Shown: piece by piece, positions 26,598 to 39,000 of the stretch
Layout: the number at the start of each line of letters is the position of its first letter
Position numbering within the stretch: the stretch's first letter is position 1
NCBI GenBank assembly: GCA_002189035.1
Contig: NEEC01000004.1
Span: forward strand, 682,001 to 746,000
DNA from: Utricularia gibba
Lineage: Eukaryota; Plantae; Magnoliophyta
Direction of reading: 5' to 3'
DNA length: 64,000 nucleotides
Translations under genes and position numbers: made by a program
Notes under the pieces: model-generated
Told to the model about the DNA's origin: nothing
Seen by the model: the letters and a program-made list of their open reading frames with translations, nothing else
Databases searched by the model: none

Positions 26598-28868
26598 ATG
26601 GCAGCCATCAGGAGACGTCCGCCGGCGTCAGCGCCTCCAGTACCGGAGGACGGGAATACCGGAACTTCTGCGCCTGAATCACCAATTCGTCCGCCGAAGT
26701 TGTTCCCGATCCTTATTTTCTTTCTTGTATTTGGGATCCCGTACTTGTATTTGATTTCCTTACGCTACGGGATAGATTCCGAGCTTAAAAATTCGATCTT
26801 AGTTAGTGCTTTTGTCAGCATTGTTGGTTTTTTCATCACTTTGAAAATGATTCCTGTGACGTCCAAGTATGTATCAAGGAAGAATTTGTTTGGGTATGAT
26901 ATTAACAAGAAAGGCACTCATGAAGGAACCATAAAAGTGTAAGTTTTGATTGCCTATTTCCTTTGTTCTTCGTAGCCCTTTTTTTAGTTGATGTTCTCTT
27001 GAAGGATACCTATATAGCGTATCGTTCTCTTTCATGCGTAGTCCCATAAATATGATGATGTAGCTTGTGATTGCATTAATACTGATATCCCCTACTGGAT
27101 TAGAATATGACATTACCTGTATTGACTGACTCTGCTCTAGATGCACGGTCTTATTTGTAAAGAATCTTTGGCTTCCTTTGATTAAAGTTCTCCATTTTTT
27201 AACAGACCTGAGTCCTTGGGTATTGTTGTTGGCATAGTTTTTCTAGTCGTGGCCATTTTATTCCAGGTTTTTACCATCCCTGCAGATTCAAATGTAAGCT
27301 TCCCTTCTATTACTCATATAATATATGTTTTCCAATCCCAGATTTTTGTTACTCATAGATAATTTTTTTTTTTTTTTTTTTTTTTGCGTCTTCTCTCTAG
27401 TGGCTTGTTGAATACAATGCTGCCCTGGCATCAATCTGCTTCATGATTCTGCTTGGATTTGTTGATGATGTCCTCGATGTACCCTGGAGGGTGTGAGTAT
27501 CCTTGACGTTTTTTTTTTTTTCCATATCAAGAGAATTCTTCCGAGTGATACAATTCTGATGACAGGAAACTGCTGTTGCCATCTATTGCTGCACTTCCAC
27601 TTTTGCTGGCTTATGCTGGTCATACAAATATACTCATACCAAAGCCTCTAGTTCCTTATGTTGGAATGGAGGTTTTGGACTTAGGTGATCTATCCCTCAG
27701 TTTTGTAAAAAGTTTACAGAATCCATTCTACTTTGTTTTGGCTAATTGTGTTTTGTACCGCAGGTTGGATTTATAAAATGTACATGTGGCTTTTGGCTAT
27801 ATTTTGCACGAATTCGATAAATATTCATGCTGGAATCAATGGTCTTGAAGTTGGGCAAACAGTGGTTATCGCCTGTGCTGTAAGCTGAATTCCATCTAAA
27901 GTAACTCCTCTGTAACCTGTCTTCGGGACTAAACATCTTGCTGCTGCAGATCCTAATACACAACATCATGCAAATTGGGGTGACATCTGATCCGGAAAAA
28001 CAACAAGCACATGCATTCTCCATTTACCTTGTTCAACCACTGCTTGCAACTTCTTTAGCTCTACTCTCATACAATTGGTAATGATTTCTTCTTGTTTTTC
28101 TGTGCTGACTAAGAACTCACTGCAAGTTAACCTTCTCTTCCTTCAGGTATCCATCTTCAGTTTTTGTTGGAGACACATATACGTACTTTGCAGGAATGAC
28201 CATGGCTGTAGTTGGCATTTTGGGTCACTTTAGGTATGTTGGTATGCATCAATTTTTTTGGCATGCGCCACTCTCACAAGATTGCTCTTTTTTTCACATC
28301 TGACATCACTTCTAACTGGAACACCTTTTCTCCTTTCGTTTCAGTGAGACGCTTCTGATATTCTTTCTTCCACAAGTTTTGAACTTCCTCCTTTCATTCC
28401 CTCAGGTTTTTTTCACGCAGTACTTAAATCACCACCAAAACAGTAATCCCCTTTAAATGGAAAAAAAGGACATTAAATCATTTATTTTTTTTCACAGCTT
28501 GCTGGTATCATACCATGCCCACGACATCGATTGCCAAGGCATGCTTCCAGTAGTCTCGTATTTGTCATTTGCTCCTAGTAAATGAATAATGGTTTCACAA
28601 CTTTATTTGATTACAAACAGATTTGATCCGCAATCTGGTCTGCTGACGGGGACCAAGGATGGGAATCTTGTGAATCTATTTCTCCGCCTGTTTGGCCGGA
28701 GAACTGAGAAGTCACTCTGTATTCTGCTCTTAGTTTTCCAGGTATTTGACTTCGATTTTTGCTGGATTCACCGGAAATCAGTTAAATTACTCATCTCCGT
28801 GGCTGCAGGCTGTATGCTGTGGATTCTGCTTCTTCCTCCGGTGGCTCCTTACCGGTTGGTATAAATGA
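26598..28868 (+). CDS. GPT: UDP-GlcNAc:dolichyl-phosphate GlcNAc-1-phosphotransferase (GPT/ALG7/DPAGT1), 11 exons including one GC-AG intron
   Basis: [13 protein letters not shown]|[41 protein letters not shown]|[29 protein letters not shown]|FDP, ending GWYK* at 28866-28868. Confidence 0.96.
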
Positions 28869-29221
28869 TTATTCATCACAGGATGACATCTTTTTGCTGA
28901 CAGTAACATTCAGAAACTATTGGTGATTTACTCAATATTTCGCCACTCTTTTCTGTGGGATGCCATCTTTTGATGGATCAGTTAGGAAACTGTACTGCTC
29001 ACACAGAAGCATAGAAGCTACTGCTTTTGAATTTTGTAGTTCTTGACCTGAAACAGTAAGTTAATTAGGGAAAATGCAGGCGACTTTGGTAATCTAAGCT
29101 GTTGTTGTTCGTACTACACTCGAGAAGTGACAGCATTCGTTCTACTAACTAACAACTAGACGCACATTTCCTCAGAAAATGGCTTCAAAATGAGCAACCG
29201 GAAGTGGCAGAAACAGCAGTC

Positions 29222-31346
29222 TTATGCACTACCTAATGGCTTCAGAATGAGGCCAATAGGACTGTGGTCACTTCCAGTGACATCTGGGAGAATGTACGAG
29301 TCATATACCTTGTCTGCAATAGATTCCGAGACAAGGAAATAGTCGAGCCTCCACCCTACAGAACGACATGAAACAAGTTCAATGATCTCGAAGTTGATTG
29401 AATGTTGATCATGATCTAAATGTTCATAAGAACCTTAAAAGGCAATCTTAGAGATATGCTGTACCTTTGTTTGATTTACGGCCACCATGCCTATAGCCCC
29501 AATAAGTGTAAGCAACTTTGTCTGGGTGCTGTTTCCTGAAGGTATCTACAAAGCCCTTGTCCAAAAAATTTTCCTGAAACGACTTCCTTTCTTCATCTGT
29601 GAACCCTGCACTCCTTTTGTTACCCTGAAAGATAATGATGACATGATTAAACTCTGACTCCAGAACCCCATGATTCAAACAAAATCTTGGGAAGCCAAGT
29701 CCACATAAAGGAATAGCTTCATGGAACAAACATAAATCATAATGAGACAAAAAGACATGAAAACTGGTCACTTACCGCTGGATTCCAGATGTCCATCTCT
29801 TGATGAGAACAGTTCAAGTCACCAGTCAGAATGACAGGTTTTGAGCGCTCCAAGTCCTGTTTTATTTGTGCATCAACAAGTTGTTAGTGAATCGGGTTGA
29901 GGGTTTTGAATCCTTGAGCATTTATCAGTGGAAAAAAGAAAGGATGATGCTCACTTTCATGTAGTTGGCAAGAGAAGGATCCCACTCAGTGATCCTATAA
30001 GACTAAAGAGCAGAAATTTAGAATCACACCATGAACCTAAGTAGATAAGTGAAAAACAAGTGCAGATGCTTGTAAAGTTCATGGTAGATACCAGTCTTTT
30101 AAGACCGTCGCCAGAATTTGGAACATACGCACAGAGTAAATAGAAATTCTCAAACTCGACTGTTATAAGGCGACCTTCACTATCATGGTCAGACACACCT
30201 AAACCATATCGGACAGATAGAGGTTTCATCTGTAAGAAGAAAGAAAAAGGTTTCAGATGAATTCAAAATGGTTTAATTTGATATATAAAACTGAAAAACT
30301 GAAAAAGAACCCGTGAAATGATAGCCGTTCCAGAGTAACCCAGCTTCGCCACACTACACGTCCAGTAGCTGTGTTCATAGCCTTCCAGAAGAGATTGTCC
30401 AAGAGAATTGACGTCCTTCTCCTAATTCAGTTGTTAAATTTCACATATACAGTCAGTTGTCTGTATTTTGAAAATCTTGCATTCATGGATATATTAGCTA
30501 TTAACAACACATCAAACAACACTAAGTATCGTCATCTATAAAAAAAAAAAGCAAAACAAATCCTCAGCAAACCAAATAGAACTTGCCTGTAGCTTTGTCT
30601 CTTGTAAGCACAAAACATCAAAATTTTCTCTTTGTGCAAGTTGCAAAGCAGAAACGCCCTTCTCTACCTTCATCAAGGCTCTTAAACCATTTACATTCCA
30701 TGAAATTAACTTGATATATGATGCATCAGAAATTGGAGGTGGCCTCATAGTTTTTGGGTTGTAAGCAGTCCAACTCTTCTGAGGCTTTTTGTGAGTAAGA
30801 ACTGTCCAAGTCTCATCTACGCAATGCCGAACTTCAGTATTGACAGCCACTTTTCCGACAGAGGCTTTACCTTTCGTTGTAACTGGCTTTTCAACTGATC
30901 AAATATGTAACAAAACCTCAACGAAAAAAGAATAAGGGATAGAATGCATAAGAAACCAGCATAGTCAGTAGACCACCTTCAACTTCTTTCGATTCAATCG
31001 TCACCTCTGACTGATGAGCGGATTCAAGGAACCGATCAAATCCAAAACAAAACCCTTGAGAATGATCATTACAGCATACCTAAAACCCTTTTTTTCATAC
31101 ATTTAACAATAAGGCAAGCATAAAATCCTACCTTTGAGACTTTCTTCCGAGTTTTCCGAGCGCCAACCGGACTCGCATCGTCCACATTCCCGAAGCTGAC
31201 GCAGCGAAGCCAGTGCGGGGTCGTTTAGATGACATTCTTCTCGCGTTCAGCGAAACAATGCAGAAAAGTTTTTGGGTTCCCGAATTTCGATGGAGTAAAA
31301 CTGGTAACAAATGAGCACTGCCCTTGTTAATAGAAGAGCTATTCAT
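29222..31346 (-). CDS. ARP: Apurinic endonuclease-redox protein (ExoIII/APE1 family); first exon frame uncertain
   Basis: [119 protein letters not shown]. Exon 1 does not join in frame from the available ATG. Confidence 0.9.
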
Positions 31347-31807
31347 ATTTCATAGGTTCTAAGAACTGAAACATACCGCCCCAGACCTGAAAACCGTGAC
31401 CCAAGGTTAAGAGCATGAATCATGGCATCAATAACGAGAACGTGGAAGTGGAGCGCAGTACAAACAAAACACGGTGGCGCGTACTTTCCAATCTCTCCGT
31501 CATATCCATTTCCCATTCCAGATTTGGGACAAGCCCATAATCGCATTGGTCTTCTTTGCTGCGCCCATACATTTTGGGCTATCCAAATGTCGGCTCAGTA
31601 TACAAGGTAGTGGGTACGTCGAATTTGTATTGAGCCCGTCTGCGTTGTAGGGGCTAGAATCCGGGGCTTGAAATCAAGGCCCATTTGGTGGGGTTGAAGT
31701 GCATGTCGCCGGAGTTAGACGGAGTCCTGCTACCGTGGATGCTTTCAGTGGGATGTGCTTTATGCGGATTCTAAAGTGACCAAGCAATTTTCTTCAGCTG
31801 TGGAATA
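31347..31807. promoter_or_regulatory. Short bidirectional promoter between ARP (-) and GPI1/PIG-Q (+)
   Basis: Divergent start codons about 460 bp apart, with site II-like motifs AGCCCA 31532, GCCCA 31563, TGGGCT 31574 and GGCCCA 31678. Confidence 0.6.
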
Positions 31808-34800
31808 ATGGATGGAGTGATCAAGTGCAGGCTGTGGTGGCCGATAGATATTTCACAACCTCCGGGGAATCACAGTTTCTTGTTTGGATGGTTCTTGCAA
31901 TCTTCCAGATCTTCATTTGACGTCATCGTCGCATTTTGCTGCAATGAGATAGGGATGGCATATTCTGGACATCGAGAATGTGATCTTGAGGTATAGATCG
32001 TTTTGAACCTCAAAATGTAGATGCTTTAGGGCTTAGATAATATGCATATGCATCCCTTTTTCAGTTTCCGTGGCTTGGGATGAGTTTCCATTCTACGTGT
32101 TCTCAGTTTAAGTGTAATCACTACTGTGGCATTTTTCAATTTCTTCTGTCATCTTCCGCTGCACCTTGAGTTATTTTTTTCTGCTTGCAGAAAATTCTGA
32201 AGGGGATAAATGAGTCTTTGCCTTCAGGTCTGCAGCAAAAATCTGATTTCTCTTTCCTGGGGCTTTGCGAGACAGATTTTCGTGACAACTTAGCGCCAAC
32301 TAGCTTTCAAAACGGTGAAGCTGACTCAACGACCTTAAAGAGATCGAGCTGTGGATGCCTTGAACAAAGTATACTTCCTGCTATAGAGAACTGCTGGATG
32401 AAGCTTGTAATTGAGCATTCTGATAAGACAAGAAGGAGAGTTCCTGTCATTCCGATTGTGGATCATCTGCATTTTGACAACAAGATGGTATCGCGTTTAG
32501 ATCTCCACGTATGTAAGTCACTTAGTCATGATGCTGCTTTCTTTCCTTTCCTTAATTTGTTGCCATGACTTGAAATTCTGAAAACAATCCAGGTGATATT
32601 TTATAAAGTGCCAACTTTCCGATATCTCCATTATTCCCTACATAACACCAGTTCATCAAAAATTGGACCTTCCTGTTGCAAGAAACCCTATTGGTTTGAC
32701 AGACTTCACCGCCAAGCTGCAGATACTAATTTGGTAAATATTCTGCTTGAAATGCGCTGTGTTTTCATCCTTTTTTTTAACATAAGCTTTTTTTTTCTGA
32801 TACCCTGATGTGTAGGTATATGTGATCCAGATGTTGAATAGTGTACGTTTTACACGAATGCTACTTAGTCAGCATTCACAACGTGTGCCTAGTTTTCTGT
32901 TCGTCGTTTCTCTCAAGTAAATTGCTTCACCTTCTCCCCTTATATTTCTCTGAAATCTCCTTATGAGTAATAACTTCTGTTTGTTATTTTCAGGTTCTCT
33001 ACTATTGCTTGGAAAATTTTTGCTTTTTCTGTAGCTTCCCTCTCAACCATAGTGTATATTATTCTTCAGTTTTTTCATGCTGCGTTGTGTTGGTTGTCCT
33101 TCTTCTATATTGATAAGCTTTTTATCAAAGCGATGAGCAATTCATTGAAGAATGTCAACTTCCGCTGCTGTCAATTTTTAAACTGGCCTATCTTCTTACA
33201 GGATCAAAATTCTAGGTACTATTCATGTTCTCATCTCTTATCGAGTTTTAGCCATTATTCATTCATTGTCTTGTCATTCATGTATGTTCTGTCGGTGTAT
33301 ATTGGTGTACCCATGAACCAACAGGTCGACCCGTTTGTAAACAATATTTGAAGTAGGCCAAACGCCAGCGATGGTACCCATCATTGTTAAAACAATATAA
33401 CTAGAGTAAAAATCTGTTCTTGTGATTGTATTGAATTGCTCCTACTATTCTGAGGTTTAGGGCATAGTGAAAAAGGACTTTGGTCTAACTATACCTTTGC
33501 ACCTCCCCATAAAGGGCATAGCAAAAAAGGAATTGGTTTGCTATGCCTTATCATTCTTGTACTGAATCTCTAATAGTAAGTTTGCATTTGGCCTTACTAG
33601 GTTTTTCTTTTTTGTTTCGATTTCCATGTAGGGATTATTCATGTGTTGAGCTTGCCGAGAATGCTGAATTCAAGAAGCACTCAATATGGTCGAATCTCAT
33701 TGTTGATACTCTTCTAGGAAATTTGTTTGGCATTCTGCTTTGGTATATGGCAGACCCATTGTACTTAGGGTTGTCATACCTTGCCAATGACTTAACTAAC
33801 AATTGGTTGCGCTCTGGGTGTGTATGGCTGATGGGGAATCCTGCAGGATTCAAGTTGAACACTGAGCTAGCTGGATTTCTTGGAATTATTTCTCTGAACG
33901 TTATTCAGATTTGGTGTGCACTTATGGTTTTTATGGGTTCCCTTGTTGTTCCTTTCACTAAGGCACTTGCTCTATTTGCTCTCTTTTTTGGATTCACTTC
34001 AATGGCTACTCTCGTCATTGACATGATTTCTCTAGCAACGGTGCACGTATGGATCCTTCGTGTATTCTTCTCATTGATCTATTCGATGCAAATTCAAGCA
34101 GTAGCAGCTCTATGGCGTCTTTTCAGGTAATTATTTGCTATGCTTCTTTTTCCAAATCAGCCTGCTAGGGTTTTACACCTTTTCTCTCCAAGCCTAAACT
34201 GTTTTCTAATGAGTTTTTTTCCAAAAAACAGAGGCCGGAAGTACAATCACCTTCGCCACAGACTCGACAGCTATGAGTACACAGTGGACCAGCATGTTGT
34301 TGGCTCCCTCCTGTTCATTCCAATCCTACTTCTTCTTCCAACAACATCAGTCTTTTATATTTTCTTCACTATTTCACATACCGTTCTTATCATCCTGTAC
34401 GTAGTCGTTGAGGCCAGCATTTCTGTTTTTCACCACACGCCATATGCCAAAATTTTCCTGTGGTTGAAGAGAAGACAGAGATTCCCATCTGGCATATGGC
34501 TTGATGTCCTGTCAACAAGTCCACTTGACAACAAGAATGAGAATTTCTCCCATGGGAAAATGGATTCACAGAGCATCTTGTTTCTCAGTCTCCGCAGCAA
34601 TCTACTGAGCCTTGGTAAGGGAGTTATATATCTAGCTTTCATCCCCCTCCCTTCAGTGGTTAACATGTTGCATGTCACAGGAAACTTGATATCACCATAC
34701 TATTCCAGCTTTTGGTTATCTTATTCCAAGTCATGCAAAATCACCTCAATAGCCCATGCACTTCTCACAGGAACAAGGTATCTTACTCCCCAAAACACAC

Positions 34801-35013
34801 TTTTCCAATACACACAAAAAACACCAAAATGCAATGCAGCATTTGAGTTTGTCTGACAGTTTTTTTTCCCAACTTCTGCTCTGCAGCATTCCATCACCCC
34901 CTGGTCTAGTTTTCCCCATCCACTTGGAGTGGATAGCAATCCCTTGGAAGGAGTATTGGTGTACATGCCGCGACTCAGTCTATGCCTGCCGATCAAATCC
35001 TCTTCACCCTTAA
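31808..35013 (+). CDS. GPI1: GPI-GlcNAc transferase subunit GPI1/PIG-Q
   Basis: CRLWWP, FLFGWF, KPYWFDRL, HSIWSNLIVDTLLGN, LTNNWLRSGCVWLMGNPAGFKLNTELA, ALWRLFR|GRKYNHLRHRLDSYEYTVDQHVVGSLLF. Ten exons can be joined in frame; stop at 35013. Confidence 0.93.
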
Positions 35014-35246
35014 CGTGTGTGCTCTTTTGCCTTTTGCTGCATTGTTTTAACTGTTGGTAGTGACCATACCCATATTCAGTGCATTATTTGGAATTTGTCT
35101 TGCAACGTAATGTATTATCAATATATATATTATAATGAATATTTATGGTTAATAATTTGAAAATAATAAAAATGTATAGTTGTGTTAAATCAGAAATAAG
35201 CGCTACAGGTGTGGGTGGTGGGATGTAGTGTGTTTGTTCCTACCAA

Positions 35247-37573
35247 ATGCTAGTAAGCCTTTTGAGAAGCACGAAAATCGCCGCCGTTAGTTCTCAGCTG
35301 TTCACTGAGTTTCGCCGTCGCGCCACCTCAGTCTGCTACTCGCATTGTACCGACGTCGAGCCACTCTCAAGAGTAGGGCTGCAATCCCTGGTGCGGCGTT
35401 GCAACATCAACGGCAAGTTCCATAGGCTTCTAAGGAATGCCGTCGCTTCGCCTTCCCTCCTCCTGACCGCTTGCGAAAACCTCAGAAATCATGGACTGGA
35501 GTCTCAATCTGCGCCGCTCACGGCGGAATGGCTGTCGTGTAACTTCTTCTCCATCCACGAACTGTCGTTTCAGCTTGCCCACCAGTTGTTCGACGTTGAG
35601 TCACAATGCGTGCCTATTTTCCCGCTGGGGGTGAAGGTGCGGCACTTCAGTTACCCAATTTGAAGCTTAAAGTTGTGACCCAAGCTGATAGCTTAAAGCC
35701 CTTGAAGGTTATCTATTGATGATAAGGTTCGTCACATTTTCCTACGGTGGCCGGTGGCCGTGTCAATATGGGCCGCCACACAGCTGTTCGGTATTTGAAG
35801 AACACTGTGGAAAATCCCACATGGTGGTTCTGCATTAAATTCGGGAAGGAGCACTTTGAGACTCGCCATGTTGATAAACTCTGTTTGATCCTAGGGGAGA
35901 AGATAGCAGATGATGAACTTATGGATCTTATTAAGAAGTTATTCGAGTTTAAGATTCTGTGTATTGATCTAGGAGATACTGCATGTTTTTCTAGAGGTCT
36001 CCCTCAAGAATGTGATCTGAGTTTGATTTTGATTAACGTTTACTTCAGTTGGTTCGATAAGGAGGTTCAAAGATTGCGCCTTCAAAGGGATGCAGAGAAT
36101 CCCAAGTTCAGCAAACATGAACTTCATGTGGCACATTCGGATGAGGCCCCTATTTTCTATAAGCCCTTGAAGCTTTATGCAGTTAGATATCTCAATGAGA
36201 TATTGGTGATCACAACAGGAACCAAGAAGTTGACATTAGATTTGAAGTCTTGGGCTGTTGATTTTTTGGAACAGAAATTAGACTTGAAGGCGGACCATTC
36301 CGAGACTGTCATACATAGTGCAGTTTCTGAGAAGATTGATTTCATGGGAATGGAGCTTCAAGCAGTTGCGCCTTCAATCCTGCGACCGACCAAGAGTGAA
36401 AAGGCAATCAGGGCGAGGAAGAAGTACTTAAGACAGAAAGAAGTCAGACTCCAAGAGCTGAAAAATGCTAAGGAAAGAAATAGGAAAATGTTGGGAATGA
36501 AGCTTTATAATCATGTGTTCAAGAAACTGAAGCGAAGTAATAGTGCTGTTGCTTTCAAATATGATTTCCACATAGAAAATGAAGTAAGGCAGATTTTCAG
36601 CACTTGGGCTGATGAAGTGGTCGATGAGTACCTGAAATCTATTGATGAAAGATATCAATGGCATCGGCAGCTCTCTGGTGGGGACTTTCTCATGCTTGAG
36701 AGGATCAGGCATCAGTTGCCATCAAAACTTGTTGATGCTTACGACAGCTTCCGGGATCAGATTGACAAGTACTTGAACCCACTTTATGCTCGGAAGAAAC
36801 TGGAGGAAGAAGCACGGAGAAGGGAGGAAGAAGAAGAGGAAATATATGCTAAAAAAACTGTAGATGATCTGACAAAGAAGTGCATCAAAGTAGAGGCACC
36901 CTTGGAACTCATAAAAAAGGCAGTTAGACTCGTCGGTATCACGAATCAAATGGGGCGTCCAAGGCCGCTAAGCTTCCTCACGGTTCTAGATGATGCCAGC
37001 ATTATCCAATGGTATGCAGGCATTGGAAGAAGATGGCTTGATTTCTATTGCTGCTGCCACAACTTCCGTAAGGTTAAAATCATTGTTAGCTACCATCTTC
37101 GTTTTTCCTGCATCCTAACACTAGCAGAGAAACATGAATCTACAAAACGGGAGACCATCAGACACTTCACCAAAGATCTAAAGCTTCTCCACCCCGATGG
37201 AAAAGAAGAGATGCACTTCCCTTCTGAGAGGGAGGTCAAGATGATGGGTGACAGAAATCTTCAAGATCCAAAACCGGTCGACGGATGTCTCACCGTGGCA
37301 CTCGTTAGATTGGCCTCTGATGATTCAAACAGGCGGTGTGTAGCTCATTTCTGTAGCCGAACTGATACAGTTTCTTTCAGGATTTGGTTATTACAGAGGT
37401 ATCTGAAGGTGAATCCATTGAATGGGGTTCAATGGGTTCACGGGATGAGTGCAATCCACGACAACTTGCATAGAAAATGTGCTCCCCTCTGCTGCTATCA
37501 CATGAGTGAATTCTACCTGGGAAGATTGACTTTCCAGGATTTTGATTGTGCCATTCTAGTTGATGATCAGTAA
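35247..37573 (+). CDS. NMAT3: Nuclear-encoded group II intron maturase, nMAT3 type (mitochondrial); indel cluster at 35627-35758
   Basis: LPNLKLKVV, SYGGRVNMGRHTAVRYLKN, RGLPQECDLSLILINVYF, RYLNEILVI (degenerate YADD, 36188-36199), EKAIRARKKYLRQKEVR, domain X GRPRP...IIQWYAGIGRRWLDFYCCCHNF...YHLRFSCILTLAEKH. No introns. The N-terminal ORF (35247-35663) and the 608-aa ORF are out of frame. Confidence 0.9.
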
Positions 37574-37872
37574 TTTTGATTGCAGATTAGATTTGTAGTT
37601 AATGATTACGAGGCTTCAACAAAAACTCCTGACACGAAGCCATCAGACTGAGTTCAATCTAGATGTGAATTCAACTTCTAAATTATGAGACAGCTGAGTG
37701 CAACTTCAAAAAAGGTCTAACAGGGGCAAAGCAACCAGTTCACAGATTGTAGTAATGAGAAAAGGAATCACCGAGCATCCAAATCAAAACTTCTGGAAGT
37801 AAAAGCTAAACAAGTTGATGCCACATAGATCAGTAAATACGCCACGCTTCCCAGCGACTCATCGCAGAGTTT

Positions 37873-38706
<834 letters not shown>

Positions 38707-38755
38707 GATTTTTTCGATAGGGATCAGCGACGTGCAACGCAGAAATCACAGCAGC

Positions 38756-38874
38756 TAGGGTTTCAGATGGAGAAGATGTGGCCATTTATTTCGGTCGGTT
38801 AAAGTTGGGCCTTTCAGGTTACTCGGGCTCGTTTCAAAAAAAGGTTCATTGGGCCTGAGTACTATAGAGGCCCC
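38756..38874. promoter_or_regulatory. Telo-box plus site II module in the RPS15/DDRGK1 bidirectional promoter
   Basis: AAACCCTA on the minus strand at 38756-38763, TGGGCC at 38806 and 38850, GGCCCC at 38869. Confidence 0.7.
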
Positions 38875-39000
38875 AAAACCGAACGGAGATCGGAAATTCT
38901 GCAGGTGACACCGGAAAAGGAACCACCGGCTGTGGCCAGTTTTGCCGATCTCCTGACTATCGTCATTTCTGCTTGATTTGATTCACTGAGCTTCGGAAAG

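Noticed and set aside
35247-37573. Mobile group II intron / retroelement
   Set aside because: It is a free-standing nuclear gene with an organellar transit-like N-terminus and a degenerate YADD motif. No flanking intron RNA (GUGYG 5' end, domain V) is visible, and it matches the domesticated nMAT3 family.
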